From assembly GCA_965203295.1 (NCBI GenBank), contig CBDBCZ010000019.1, forward strand, positions 1,632,001 to 1,696,000: a stretch of DNA of 64,000 nucleotides, written 5' to 3'. The position numbers were made by a program, and so were the translations under genes. This DNA comes from Nitrospirales bacterium. Its GTDB lineage: Bacteria > Nitrospirota > Nitrospiria > Nitrospirales > UBA8639. A model generated the notes under the pieces. The model had not been told where the DNA came from. It did not search any database and saw only the letters and a list, made by a program, of their open reading frames with translations. Of this stretch, positions 10,057-21,960 are shown one piece after another. Within the stretch, counting starts at the first letter, position 1; every line of letters starts with the position of its first letter.

Positions 10057-12342
10057 ATGGATCTCGAACTGCGCGTAAAGCAATTAACAACGCTGTGCCC
10101 CGATATTGACTTAGCGGTCATACGGGATTTCGCTGCCCGGATGGACCCGGAATATTTTCACCAGTTTCCAGATCAGCAAATTACCAAGCATCTTCACCTC
10201 ATCAATGAATTAGCTCCGAATAATCCCTGTTCCGTCAAGATTCAAAAATTGAAAGCCAAATCATACGACATGATCATTGTGGCATATGACTATTTCTCGG
10301 AATTCGCCACATTCTGTGGAGTCCTGACAGCTTTTGGATTGGATATTCGGGAAGCAGCCATTTACACCTACCGGGATGATCCGTCGCCCAAGCCCACGGC
10401 CAACCTCCGGCATCCACAAGCGAGGTCGACTGGATGGCCCAGACCTCGTCACACACAACTCCCAGGCCTATCACGAAAAAAAGTTGTGGACGTGATTCGC
10501 GTGCGGGAAATGCAAGGAATCACCTTTACCTCCAACGACGAGATCCGACTCAAAGAAGAGCTGGTGACCTTGATTCAATTGCTCGATACCCAACAGATAA
10601 AGGAAGTCAGACGTCGAATCAACCGTCGATTAACGGAGTCATTAGGGAGATACAAGACCCCGGTGTCCAATCTGTTACACCCTGTTGAAATTCAATTTTC
10701 CAATCCGACAGATTCATCTGAAACCGTTATGAGTCTCAGGTCCTTGGACACCCCGGCCTTTCTGTATGCTTTCTGTAATGCCTTAACCATGCGAGGCATA
10801 TATATTGCCAAGGCGAATGTCGAAGTCGTGGGGTCCATGGCCAATAACCTATTTTACGTGCGAGGAAGACAGGGGAGAAAAATCGAAAACCATCGTGAAC
10901 AGCAGGAGCTTCGGGTCACAGCTACGCTCATCAAAGAATTCACACAATTTCTGTCTTGGGCTCCGGACCCAGCGAAAGCCCTTGATCATTTCGACTTGTT
11001 CCTCGATGACCTTTTAAAGGACAGTCCCTCATCATCAGAACTGCCCTTGCTAACCGATACCCCACTCTTGGCGAACCTGGCTCAGTTATTCGGCACCAGT
11101 GATTTCCTTTGGGAAGATTTCCTTCGACGGCAACATGCCAACCTTTTGCCAATCATGGAAGACTACCAAAAAATCCCTGCCGTTCGATCCAAGCCGGAAC
11201 TTGCCAAAATCCTGAGCACACAATTAGCAAAAATCAAACAACCTGAGGCTCGTAAAACATGCCTCAACCAATTTAAAGACCAAGAGTTATTTCGCATCGA
11301 CATGAAGCACATACTCGGGAACATCTTACTCCTCGAATTCTCATGCGCTCTGACTAATTTGGCAGAAGTCATTCTCAACCAAGCGTTGAATGAAGCCCAA
11401 GCTATTGTGGACAGACATCACAAACGCCCTCTCCTTGCGAATGGCCATCCTCTCCCCTTTACCATCTGCGGTTTGGGGAAGTTGGGAGGAAGTGAACTCG
11501 GGTATGCTTCAGACATTGAAGTCATGTTTGTCTATGAGACTGACACCAAGACCACAAATGCCAAAGGGATCAATCCTAGCGAGTATGGTGAACGGTTGGT
11601 TCAAGAATTCCTTCGTTGGATCGAGGCGAAACAAGAGGGGATTTTCCGAATTGACACACGTCTCCGCCCGCATGGAGAAAAGGGGCTCTTGGCAAATTCT
11701 CTTGAAGAAATTCGAGAGTATTATTTCCCAACTGGACAAGCCGCTCCTTTTGAGCGTCAGGCCCTCATCAAACTTCGGCATGTAGCTGGAGATGCATCTC
11801 TAGGGAAATTAGTCGAACAGCATAGGAATACGTTTGTCTATAGCGGGGAACCCTGGCCATTAGAAATTGCCCTCTCTTTACGAAAAAGACAGATCAATGA
11901 ACTCGTCTCCTCTGGAACCACTCACGTAAAGTACGGTCCTGGTGGGCTCATCGATGCGGAATATGCCGTTCAATACCTTCAAGTCATGCATGGCCATCAG
12001 ACACCAGATCTTCAAATCCCAAATACCCTTCAAGCCTTGGAAGGATTAAGAAAGCATGAAATTCTTTCCGCTTCTGATTCCCAGACACTCAAAGAAGACT
12101 ACATGTTTTTGAGACGCTTGATTGATGCCCTGCGAATTGTACGCGGCAATGCCCAAGATTTGGTTCTCCCTGATTCTGGTTCGGACGGCATGACCTTTCT
12201 CGCTCGTAGACTGGGCTTTGTCACCAAAGAATGGAAGGCTGGAGCCGCGGTTCTTGAAAAAGAAATTAATCGTCGCATGAACAGAACACATCAGATGTTT
12301 ACAAAACATTTTGGAAAACAGAAAGGAAAGGGCAAGAAATAA
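10057..12342 (+). CDS. GlnE adenylyltransferase-type half with N-terminal GlnD-like tandem ACT domains
   Basis: ACT-like segments (GVLTAFGLDIREAAIYT; DTPAFLYAFCNAL...NLFYV), then GLGKLGGSELGYASDIE, IDTRLRPHG, FERQAL, VKYGPGGLIDAEY; ATG at 10057 avoids overlap with the divergent gene. Confidence 0.85.
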   Translation: MDLELRVKQLTTLCPDIDLAVIRDFAARMDPEYFHQFPDQQITKHLHLINELAPNNPCSVKIQKLKAKSYDMIIVAYDYFSEFATFCGVLTAFGLDIREAAIYTYRDDPSPKPTANLRHPQARSTGWPRPRHTQLPGLSRKKVVDVIRVREMQGITFTSNDEIRLKEELVTLIQLLDTQQIKEVRRRINRRLTESLGRYKTPVSNLLHPVEIQFSNPTDSSETVMSLRSLDTPAFLYAFCNALTMRGIYIAKANVEVVGSMANNLFYVRGRQGRKIENHREQQELRVTATLIKEFTQFLSWAPDPAKALDHFDLFLDDLLKDSPSSSELPLLTDTPLLANLAQLFGTSDFLWEDFLRRQHANLLPIMEDYQKIPAVRSKPELAKILSTQLAKIKQPEARKTCLNQFKDQELFRIDMKHILGNILLLEFSCALTNLAEVILNQALNEAQAIVDRHHKRPLLANGHPLPFTICGLGKLGGSELGYASDIEVMFVYETDTKTTNAKGINPSEYGERLVQEFLRWIEAKQEGIFRIDTRLRPHGEKGLLANSLEEIREYYFPTGQAAPFERQALIKLRHVAGDASLGKLVEQHRNTFVYSGEPWPLEIALSLRKRQINELVSSGTTHVKYGPGGLIDAEYAVQYLQVMHGHQTPDLQIPNTLQALEGLRKHEILSASDSQTLKEDYMFLRRLIDALRIVRGNAQDLVLPDSGSDGMTFLARRLGFVTKEWKAGAAVLEKEINRRMNRTHQMFTKHFGKQKGKGKK

Positions 12343-12555
12343 TCGAAAAACTTGAAGAATACGACGGAGGTTGGGCTACTGAAGATTTTAGAACATCTGC
12401 GATTGAGAATGCTTCGTTAAGTCATAATCCATGTCTTGTTGCTTGAGGTCTTCACCTCAATGAAAAGAGATTACCCCTCTTCGCTTGTGACCTTCTACCC
12501 CCTGGTTCCGACCGTAGATATCACAGCGTCTGACAAGTGAAAAAATAGCGAAATA

Positions 12556-13362
12556 CTACTTTTTTAAGTATTCAAAGTTGACGTTAACCTTTCCGTTGGC
12601 GACCACGGTCACCTTTTGCTCGTTCATTCCCAGAACCGGATGCCACACAACGAGTTCATACTCCCCAGGAGGCACCCGGTCGATGGCAAAGCTTCCGTCT
12701 TGATCAGAGATGGAAAAATACGGTGTATTCACCACGTACATCCAATTCTCCATGAAATCATGCCGGTCGCATGTGAGTGCGACGACTCGACCGTGTTTGA
12801 GTTTCTTGACTTGCAACGTTTGTTCGATTTCGGTCTTGGGGGGGATGTTTTGGTTGTGAACCGTCTTGAGAATAGTCGCTTTCCGTCCTTTAAGGACATA
12901 AGTATGCAGTGTGTGCTTGATGGGATCTTGATTGATGAATTTCACCGGCTGTCCAGCCGACAAGACTCCGGTAAAGGGACCGAAATTGCAGTTCTTTAAG
13001 CGAACATCAAGATCGAGCTCGTTCCCTTTTTCATGGCGAAATTCGCCTTCATTTGGGAATTCATCTCTGTAGCTTCTGGCTTCAAACGGCTTTCCCTTTG
13101 TGACTCCTTCTAGCACAATAACGGCGCCTTTCAAAGCCCCATTCTTGACCTCGACTTTAGTCAGCGCTCTCTCTTTCCCGCATACTTCTGGGCCTTTTTT
13201 CACTTCAAAGAGTCTCGGGGCTGGCGGCGTACCCTTAAACGCAATCATGCCAGCAATCGTTGCTGCATTGGCGACTTCCGCAACCTCGTAGGCCAGAGCC
13301 ATCCCCCAACATCCGAAGATTGTGAGGGAAAGCCATCCCACCGTAAGTATGGTCTTCAACAT
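12556..13362 (-). CDS. Secreted cupredoxin-like protein with carboxypeptidase-regulatory-like domain
   Basis: Signal peptide; NQDPIKHTLH and CDRHDFM (C-x2-H-x2-M, type-1 Cu-like); PPGEYELVVWHP. Confidence 0.7.
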   Translation of the reverse strand: MLKTILTVGWLSLTIFGCWGMALAYEVAEVANAATIAGMIAFKGTPPAPRLFEVKKGPEVCGKERALTKVEVKNGALKGAVIVLEGVTKGKPFEARSYRDEFPNEGEFRHEKGNELDLDVRLKNCNFGPFTGVLSAGQPVKFINQDPIKHTLHTYVLKGRKATILKTVHNQNIPPKTEIEQTLQVKKLKHGRVVALTCDRHDFMENWMYVVNTPYFSISDQDGSFAIDRVPPGEYELVVWHPVLGMNEQKVTVVANGKVNVNFEYLKK

Positions 13363-13417
13363 GCTGTTCTCCTTTCCCGTGTTCCCCAGAACATGTAATC
13401 CTTCACTCGTCTCGTTA

Positions 13418-14575
13418 TCAATAAATTAATTGCCAGCCTAAGGTGAATATCCAATCTGTCTCAAGATTAGGACCATCAATATACTGGTAAACCGGAAGTC
13501 CGCCTTCAAGGGATATCCTATTTTCTAAATCCATCCATTCTGGAAAGAGAACATTGACCCCAGCCAAGAAGTCGAGACGCTGACCATCTCGTCGATCTGG
13601 GTCTGCTGTGGCAACAATGATATTCGGTCTCGTGATATTCGAATCCAAACCGTCATAGTTGTAACATTGTTGCCAGTTAAAGCGAACAGACGTGCTTGCC
13701 CAATCCGACCATCGATAAGCCCCATGGGTCGTTAATTGATAAGCATCTCCTTGTGAGTATCTCTCATCATTTCGTCCGATGCGAAGGGTACCCATAGCTT
13801 GAAAACCCCATGAGGCGTTCCCTTTCATACCCCCATAGGTGAAACCAGGAAAAAGATCTGGTGTCCCTGAGCCAAGTTGCATGGGATAAGGAAGTCGAAT
13901 ATGTCCAAGTGGAGTCCTATCGGTTTTCTCAATATCTCCCGTTGGAATGCCAATACCAAGGTTAAAATGAAAGCGATGCGCACCAATGCTTGGGGCCTCC
14001 ACTGCGTAGAGGCGCACAAGGCTCGTCACTCGTACATCCCCGATCCCATTCGATTTCGTTTGAAACTTGGCACCCATTCTCGTGACATGATCCATGCTAT
14101 TACGGAGATACGGGACCATGACCATAAGGGTCACCGTGTCGTTTACTCCCCACATACCGCTGAACATATGCATTTCCATTTGCATATCCGTGGGAGTAAC
14201 CAGAAATCCGTATCCGTTCGGAGAAAGAGCCTGCGAAGTCGAGACGTCGTTCGTCCCATCTTTGAGCCCATCCATATCCATGTACATATACCGATAGGAA
14301 AACATCACTTCACCTTTATTATGAGTGTGGTCACCCATCATTCCTATCGGACCATGCGAGTCAGGTCTCTCAGGAGTGTAGAAATTTCCTACCGTCAGTT
14401 TTTCACCTTTCTTGGCAACACGCTCCGCTAACGATTCTTCTACCCCACCGAAGATTCTATCTAATAATGCGGCTTGAGTGTTGTTCCATCCCCATCCTAT
14501 CGTCGCTGCACACACAAGCAGCACTGCCCAGCACTTTCTCACAGGGGTGTATCCCCTTTTCGTTCCATCCATCAT
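13418..14575 (-). CDS. His/Met-rich outer-membrane beta-barrel transporter (MetA-pathway-like family)
   Basis: Signal peptide; RPDSHGPIGMMGDHTH, YMYMDM, MQMEMHM, LPYPMQLGSGT; amphipathic strands and aromatic C-terminus. Confidence 0.7.
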   Translation of the reverse strand: MMDGTKRGYTPVRKCWAVLLVCAATIGWGWNNTQAALLDRIFGGVEESLAERVAKKGEKLTVGNFYTPERPDSHGPIGMMGDHTHNKGEVMFSYRYMYMDMDGLKDGTNDVSTSQALSPNGYGFLVTPTDMQMEMHMFSGMWGVNDTVTLMVMVPYLRNSMDHVTRMGAKFQTKSNGIGDVRVTSLVRLYAVEAPSIGAHRFHFNLGIGIPTGDIEKTDRTPLGHIRLPYPMQLGSGTPDLFPGFTYGGMKGNASWGFQAMGTLRIGRNDERYSQGDAYQLTTHGAYRWSDWASTSVRFNWQQCYNYDGLDSNITRPNIIVATADPDRRDGQRLDFLAGVNVLFPEWMDLENRISLEGGLPVYQYIDGPNLETDWIFTLGWQLIY

Positions 14576-14827
14576 TATGAATCCTCTTGTGCATATGAAA
14601 TTTCTTCAATGGTGAATGTCTTGCTCCGTGAGTCTTTTCCTTTAATCGTTTGTGAGATCATGCGGTCTTGTTCACAGAAGATAAAAACCGCTGATCCTGT
14701 CGATAGCCTTTCGCTAACGAGTTGCCCCTTATGGAGACACCCAATTGCGCTAGGTCAACTATTGGTTATCTCTTCCCCAGTTGCGGCAGAAAAGACAGCA
14801 TCAATGTCGTAGGAAAAGGCAGCGGTA

Positions 14828-15139
14828 TTACGATGTGGCAGAAGAAATAGGAGGAGCCCGAGAAGGAGGTGACCACGCAATAACTGAATTGGTTGTAGAA
14901 GGATTCCCTGAATGAATACCGATCAGGGTCAAAAAGGGTCCATATAACCAAAATTCAAAGGCTTGGAGTACTTGCCCCGCTGAACAGACCCATGAACATA
15001 ATAAACTTGCATGCGTGGTAGCTTTGTGGTGCGCATGGTGGAGAGCATGCGCCGCGGTCTGGCTAGTTAGGGCCAAACTGACAAACAGAAAGCAGGCCAG
15101 AAAAGTAATCGCGAGGAATGGGTTATAAAGACGCTTCAT
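14828..15139 (-). CDS. DUF2946/CruR-like leader protein with RAPP arrest motif
   Basis: 103 aa from ATG 15139; signal-like N-terminus, HALHHAHH, CSWVC, C-terminal SRAPP (RAPP codons 14849-14860). Confidence 0.7.
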   Translation of the reverse strand: MKRLYNPFLAITFLACFLFVSLALTSQTAAHALHHAHHKATTHASLLCSWVCSAGQVLQAFEFWLYGPFLTLIGIHSGNPSTTNSVIAWSPPSRAPPISSATS

Positions 15140-15436
15140 TGGAGGCACCACTAACCAATTCATCCTAAGCAAGCTTCGAATCCCTTGTCAAGAGTTTTGT
15201 CAACTTTCCCAGACCTCCCCTTAGCACACCAGAGGTCCACAAAAGCCGTTTTCGGATTATCGGTCTCAATGCTCTTATTGAGAAAAAAGAGTATTCTCCT
15301 CTCAATTCAAAAAACAAAATGCCTGTCCTCCCTAGAGCCCAAGTCATAAGTTTCTTACTTGAGATCAACAAACGTTCTATTCCATTTTCGAAATTCTTAA
15401 ATGATTCTTCTACGAGGGGAGCTCGCATCTCTTTCT

Positions 15437-16846
15437 TTAGACATCATAATACAGAAAGAATTCCTGTGGATGAGGACGCATCCTCACTTGATCGACTTCA
15501 TTGTCCCGCTTGTAGGATATCCAGGCATCAATCAAGTCCTCGGTAAACACTCCACCTTTCAGCAAAAATTGGTAGTTAGCCTCGAGACTGTTGAGAGCAG
15601 AATCTAGACTACCTGGCATGGTGGGAATGTTCGCAGCCTCTTCCGGTGGCAAGTCGTACAAGTTTTTATCCATGGGTTCGCCTGGATCGATTTTGTTTTG
15701 AATCCCATCTAAACCAGCCATCAACATAGCACTAAACGCCAAATACATGTTACAAGATGGGTCAGGAAAGCGAACCTCGATTCGTTTGGCTTTCGGGCTA
15801 GGGGAATACATCGGAATTCGAACCCCAGCTGATCGATTGCTGCTTGAATAGGCTAATAGTACGGGCGCTTCGAATCCTGGCGTTAACCGCTTGTAGGAAT
15901 TAGTCGTCGGATTAGTAAAAGCTGCCAGGGCCGTGGCATGTTTCAAAATCCCTCCAATATAGTATAGGCAGGTTTGTGACACTCCAGCATAGTCCTTACC
16001 CGCAAAAGTTGGTTTCCCATCTTTCCAAATGCTCTGGTGAACATGCATCCCTGACCCGTTGTCCATAAAGATGGGTTTGGGCATAAACGTCGCGGTCTTC
16101 TGATGGCGGCGCGCAACATTTTTCACGACGTATTTGTACGTCAACATTTTATCGCCCATATTGACCAGCGAATCAAATCGCAAGTCAATTTCCGCTTGCC
16201 CAGCTGTGGCCACCTCGTGGTGGTGTTTCTCCACATGAATGCCCATCTTCTCCATTCCCAGAACCATCTCTGAACGAATATCCTGTTGAGTATCCGTTGG
16301 AGCGACCGGGAAATAGCCTTCCTTGTGACGGGGCCTCGAGCCAAGATTTAGGCCTTCTTTTCCGGAATTCCAAATCCCTTCCTCGGAATCAATAAAGTAA
16401 TAGCCTGAATGTGCATTCTGGTCGTAGCGGACTTGGTCAAAAATAAAAAATTCTGCCTCTGGTCCCCAATAGGACACATCGCCGATCTTCGTGCTCTTTA
16501 AATATTGCTCGGCCTTCTTTGCCACAAATCTGGGATCGCGTTCGTACCCCTCACGTGTGATGGGGTCTTCGATAGTGGCAATCATGCTCAGCGTAGGAAT
16601 CTCCGCAAAAGGATCGAGCCGCGCGGTCGTGGCATCGGGAATCACGAGCATGTCGCTGTTTTGAATAGCTTTCCACCCTCGAATGGAAGACCCGTCAAAT
16701 CCTAAGCCTTCTTTAAAGACATCCTGAGTTAACTCTGAGGGTGGCATAGAGAAATGTTGCCAGCACCCCATGAGGTCAACAAATTTCAAATCCACCATTT
16801 CAATCTTGTTTTTTTTGGCAAACTCCAATACTTCCCGGGGAGTCAT
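15437..16846 (-). CDS. glnA: Glutamine synthetase type I
   Basis: [35 protein letters not shown]; adenylylation motif NLYDLP retained. Confidence 0.97.
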   Translation of the reverse strand: MTPREVLEFAKKNKIEMVDLKFVDLMGCWQHFSMPPSELTQDVFKEGLGFDGSSIRGWKAIQNSDMLVIPDATTARLDPFAEIPTLSMIATIEDPITREGYERDPRFVAKKAEQYLKSTKIGDVSYWGPEAEFFIFDQVRYDQNAHSGYYFIDSEEGIWNSGKEGLNLGSRPRHKEGYFPVAPTDTQQDIRSEMVLGMEKMGIHVEKHHHEVATAGQAEIDLRFDSLVNMGDKMLTYKYVVKNVARRHQKTATFMPKPIFMDNGSGMHVHQSIWKDGKPTFAGKDYAGVSQTCLYYIGGILKHATALAAFTNPTTNSYKRLTPGFEAPVLLAYSSSNRSAGVRIPMYSPSPKAKRIEVRFPDPSCNMYLAFSAMLMAGLDGIQNKIDPGEPMDKNLYDLPPEEAANIPTMPGSLDSALNSLEANYQFLLKGGVFTEDLIDAWISYKRDNEVDQVRMRPHPQEFFLYYDV

Positions 16847-17053
16847 TCGATACCTCCTTGATGGTATGTAAAGCTCAGAACAATATAGTGATTAACCTCG
16901 ATTCTACTCGACACAGCCATAATATGAAAATACTCGATTCAGCAGAAGGTCAAATGACTCCCAAATCTGGTTTTAACCAAAAAATGATAGAGGTTCTCAT
17001 CACCATAAAGATTCGGGCAGTAACGGCCGTGACAACCTGCATTCCAATCGGAC

Positions 17054-17470
<417 letters not shown>

Positions 17471-17649
17471 TCAAAATTAATGTGTTTTGAACGTCTTTTC
17501 AAATGGTTCGCAATTATGAAACAATTTGTTTTGTGAGAATCTAACGTCACCCGTCTTCTGCCTTGCCCAAATACACTTGCTCGTAGGTTTGTTTTTCCGA
17601 AAAGATTATAGGCCTGCATCAAGATATCATTCTGCATGGTCAAGATGAA

Positions 17650-18517
17650 ATGAACGATTCTTCGTCACAAACCCAACCTGATTCCATTCCCCCTCCGCTA
17701 GAATCTTTGGAGGGAAAGCCTGAACCCATTCTGACAGAGCCGCCACCCAATCCATTAGGTGGAAGCACCTTGATCGTTGACGGCTCTAATCCCGCACATT
17801 ACGCGAGACCAAGCCTTGCACTTCAAGATGCAGGCCCTGAAGATCAAGTCTTCATCCAACCCGGCGTCTATGAAGATCGTATTTTTGTCGGAGATAAACC
17901 TATTCATCTATTTGGGAGCCGGACGGAATCAGGTGAAAATTTTTTGCAGGCGAAGTGGCCCAATTTATCTACAAGGCGTTCCTAATGGACACATCTCGGG
18001 CATTACATTTCGTTACATGGGCAGTGATCAACATTCGCCCATGAACCTTCTTGACTCTGCCTGCACGATATCGCATTGCCGGGCAACGGAGGGAATTCTT
18101 TCGGGAATAGTGATTTACGGACCCGAAAGTCGCCCAACATTACGAGACAATGAAGTCTGCTTTAATCGCGAGTCGGGAATTTTCTCATTTGCCGGATCCC
18201 ATCCCTACATTACGGAAAACCGCTGTTTTGGCAATCATCACTTTGGCCTCGCGGTGAGAGATGATGGGACCCGACATGACCTTATTCGAAATATATGCTC
18301 GAAAAACAAACTAAGCGGGATCCTTCTCTTTCATTCGGCCCAAGCCCTTCTCTTAGACAATAACAGCCAAAACAATCAACATTGGGGATTGGTGTTAACA
18401 CCTGATTGCACAACGTCCCCGGAGATGGAACAACTCCTTCAAGCCAATGCGCTTACCGCTAACCCTCGAGGCGCCATGATCGTGACCCATGAACCGCTCA
18501 AGGAGATTGGTCGATAA
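17650..18517 (+). pseudogene. Right-handed parallel beta-helix protein, +1 frameshift near 17915
   Basis: PGVYED N-terminal module in the first ORF continues as GAGRNQV and beta-helix repeats (SGI..., NxC..N) in the second; extra G in TTTGGGAGCC. Confidence 0.7.
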
Positions 18518-18627
18518 TCAATACCTCAAACCTCAAAAAATGATAAACGTCAGTGAGATGGTCATCGTCTTTGAGACAAACACAGTTCGGAAGAAGTTGA
18601 TCGGTTGCTGACAACAGCTACTCTCAT

Positions 18628-19004
18628 TTAGAGAGTAGCCCCCCAAAAACCTATAGCCAAAAGTAACCACCCTAAGAGAAAACATATTCCCCCCAACGGT
18701 GTCAAAGCTCCCAACCATCGAATCTCCGAGAGCGCCAGCGTATAAAGGCTACCAGAAAAAATGAGTATTCCAAGAAGAAAAGACCAGGCTCTCTTTCGGA
18801 AGAGTGTGTTTCCGTATTCTTTCAATCCCCATCCAGCTACCAGAAGACCAAGGGCATGGTACATGTGATAACGATTCCCCGTCTCAAATACTGCCATCAT
18901 TTCAGGAGACACCTGCCCTTTAATAGCATGAGCCCCAATGCCCCAAGCCCTACAGCCAACAAGGCTAGGAGTGAACCTGCACTCAAGACTTTCTGATGAC
19001 TCAC
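18628..19004 (-). pseudogene. DUF423 (YgdD/TMEM256) membrane protein, -1 frameshift near 18938
   Basis: GTG 19004 with GGAGGAG; LGA(F)GAH motif broken; YHMYHALGL, FSGSLY, GALTPLGG intact. Confidence 0.8.
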
Positions 19005-19033
19005 CTCTCCTCCTCCATATGGTGACGTGGTGA

Positions 19034-19255
19034 TTAGGGTGAACTAACTACAGGGAAATTCCTTCCCCATGGTATTCTTTCCCACACCCGTTCATGCCCC
19101 CAATACAGGGCGATTTTGGCAAGGGCATCAGTCCCTCCAACAAGTGCGGCAGTTCCAAGTTCGCCAGAATAGAGAAAGACGACTATTGTGGTGACGAAAG
19201 TGGCCAAAACGCGCCAACTGAGACCTTTCGCGACACTTCGAAAATGCGTGTCCAT
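19034..19255 (-). CDS. DUF2061 small membrane protein
   Basis: RSVAKGLSWR...LYWGHERVW. Confidence 0.8.
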   Translation of the reverse strand: MDTHFRSVAKGLSWRVLATFVTTIVVFLYSGELGTAALVGGTDALAKIALYWGHERVWERIPWGRNFPVVSSP

Positions 19256-19323
19256 TGTGAGTACCTCTTAGACTTTCACCGAACGGGTTTCGACGTGGAT
19301 TTGCGGATACTCGTTTTTGAGTT

Positions 19324-19770
19324 TCAACTCTCCTTCTTTTTAGGCAACACACTTAACGAAAAATCTTGCAACGTATAGTTATCCAGAACGGATGCAATGG
19401 CATTTCTGACTTCAAACATGACACCTTGAATCGGACAGTGAGGTTTCTCTGCATAAGGACAGTCTGCGCATGTTTGGTACGCAGTTTTGCTTACACAAGA
19501 AATTGGAGCAAGGGGACCATCCAACGTTCGAATAATCTGGCCAAGTGAAACCTCTTGTGGGGATTTAATCAGTCGAAATCCACCATCCACTCCAGGCCGA
19601 CTCGCCAAAATCCCTGCATGCTTGAGGCTTAATAAAATCAACTCCAAAAATCCTAAAGGGATTTGTTGGCGTTCAGCCAGTTCTAATCGGCGAACTGGAT
19701 GTTTCCCATAAGATTGGGTTAATTCTAATAAGGCGCGTAAGCCATATTCGCTTTTCTTTGAAAACTTCAT
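19324..19770 (-). CDS. Rrf2-family transcriptional regulator
   Basis: YGLRALLEL, LELILLSLKHAG, GGFRL, IIRTLDGPLAPISC; Cys-rich C-terminal segment. Confidence 0.9.
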   Translation of the reverse strand: MKFSKKSEYGLRALLELTQSYGKHPVRRLELAERQQIPLGFLELILLSLKHAGILASRPGVDGGFRLIKSPQEVSLGQIIRTLDGPLAPISCVSKTAYQTCADCPYAEKPHCPIQGVMFEVRNAIASVLDNYTLQDFSLSVLPKKKES

Positions 19771-20365
19771 TTTTAATTCTTAAGTTAGTTTATTAATAAT
19801 GAAATAAATTATGCTCTCTAGTCAATATAAGAATTCCTTTCGCAAAGGGAACTCGTTTCGGCATTTGGTATTGCAAAGATATTGACCATAAAGACTTCCA
19901 CAACCAATATTCGGCAAGTAACCTTATGGGCAAACTGTCTCTTTCATACATTAAGCAGGCGGAAAGAAAACTCTTGGAATGGATGTTCGCTAGGAATTGC
20001 GCGCGGACAGACATTCAAAACGTCATGACTTCCCCTGCTTTAGGCTGAAATTCCAGGTGTTGTGACAGCAGCCGAATGGCCCGCAACTGAGCTAAAGCCG
20101 AAGACCTTCTGCTCCAGCAGTGTGTTTGTGAGTCGCGCGCTGGCTCCACGAAGTTGGTCGGCTATTTGCTCTTTAGGGTATTCTCTATCTCGAGCAAAGA
20201 TCCCCGCAGCAAGCCGACGGGGTATTCAGAGGAAGATCAATACCACATCCTCAAATGGTAGCCCCGTAGCAAGCTACGGGGAATATCAAGTTCAATGATT
20301 TACTTATCTTGTGCCTAATGTAACTCTCAGCAGCGCAGTTCTTCTATGTCCATTTCACCGGTTTG

Positions 20366-21220
20366 TCACGCTCGTCTTTCTCCTTTATACACGAGGTCAA
20401 ACCAGATGAAATCGTTGTCATGGAACTAAACATTCAGAACAACATCGAAGTCAGCGGGATGGTGCACTTGGAAAAACTTTGCCAGATCGCACCACTCTGC
20501 CCAAGGTGTCCCTGGTCCATCCGTCACATTTCCCCATTCTGAAAATGGGAGGCAACCCTCTCTGACCCAGCGGGTCTTGGGATAGGCAAGCTGGAGCCAC
20601 CTTCCGCCGACCTTGAGGTGTTTTCGTAACTCAGCGACTTCTGGCACGATGACCTCAGTAGGTGCGTGATGGAGTGATCCCATGGCCATGATGATATCAT
20701 AGTCTGTATCGAGGTCATGGAGGGAATCGATGCTTTCCAAACAGACGAAGCGACAACCGTGAAGCCCAAGCATTCCTGCAAGACGTTCAACAACGCCTAA
20801 GTTGTCACGTGCGAGATCGATAAATGTCAACTTAGCGCCGTGCTGAGCAAACGTAAGGCTGTCAATGGCAAATCCACTACCGACATCAAGAATCTTTTTC
20901 CCAGCGACTATTTCAGAGTACAGTGTGTGATACCAACCCCGATGAGCAAACTGCTCGCCTGTACTAATATCATGTCGAGATGATTTCCATTCATGAAGCA
21001 GTTCTCTATCTGAGAGTCTGAGAAGTTCAGACGTTTTCTTCCTGCCAGACCGAGATGTCGGGACCTCCACCCATTTCGTGCTAAGAACTTGAAACGGTGC
21101 TGTCCAATTATCCGAACATTCATCTTCTGATTGACGTTCAACGAATTTCTTTCGGGGAGTCATTCGTCTAATTTCGTAGCCTAATACTGAAAACATGCGC
21201 TTGACTATGGACTGGATCAT
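20366..21220 (-). pseudogene. Class I SAM-dependent methyltransferase with premature TAG at 20426-20428
   Basis: ILDVGSG motif; frame continues past the TAG as FHDNDFIWFDLVYKGERRA to TGA at 20366. Confidence 0.7.
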
Positions 21221-21960
21221 GCCTTTGTTCTCTCCTCGTTAAATGATGACGTAAACTACCCAAAAGCCTGCCGTAATCCACGATGAATCCTTCTCATGCA
21301 TAAAAGCCAATTTCGGTGCATTACCCATGTTTTTCACAACCCGAATCTGGTTGTCTAGAATTCTCTGGAACGCATGCATGAATCTTATTCAGAAGTCGAA
21401 CTATTAAGTCTACTGTCAATAAACCATTGGTATATCACTTTGAATTCTTTTGCTTTCCTAAAGCCAATGTCGGCACAATATCCATGACTGACCACGATTT
21501 GTCGACCTTCTTCTGCGTAGGCTGTCCCCAATCATCCAGCTGGTTATCTGTTCACATATTGTCAGTTGTAAACAACCCCCCAAGGACTACGCACCTGACG
21601 GTTATCTCAGTTCGATATTATGGTATGCCTGATGTGAGGCTTTCGTAGTCAGCAATCTAGTAACTCTTGCCACGATCGGATGTCAATTTTATTGAGACAA
21701 ATAGTGCACAAAGGAATGCTAGGATATTGATCGCTCGAATGCACAACGAATACCCTAGTGTAAAATCCGCTATCTGAATTGAAAGACTACCCCCTTACCC
21801 GCTAATACTTCGGCTGCGCTTTTCATTATAAGAGCTTGCAACTAAACGGAAGGAGCATGATGTATCTGACTCAACAAAATAGCTTCGCGGAGTTCCAGCT
21901 CAGAATGAGATTACCGCTTACTCATCCAACTACCCGCACGATAAAGCCAAGGCGAGTGAG

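Noticed and set aside
14575..14661. 28-aa ORF overlapping the barrel gene start (TAATG)
   Set aside because: Too short and without a motif; worth checking only if conserved
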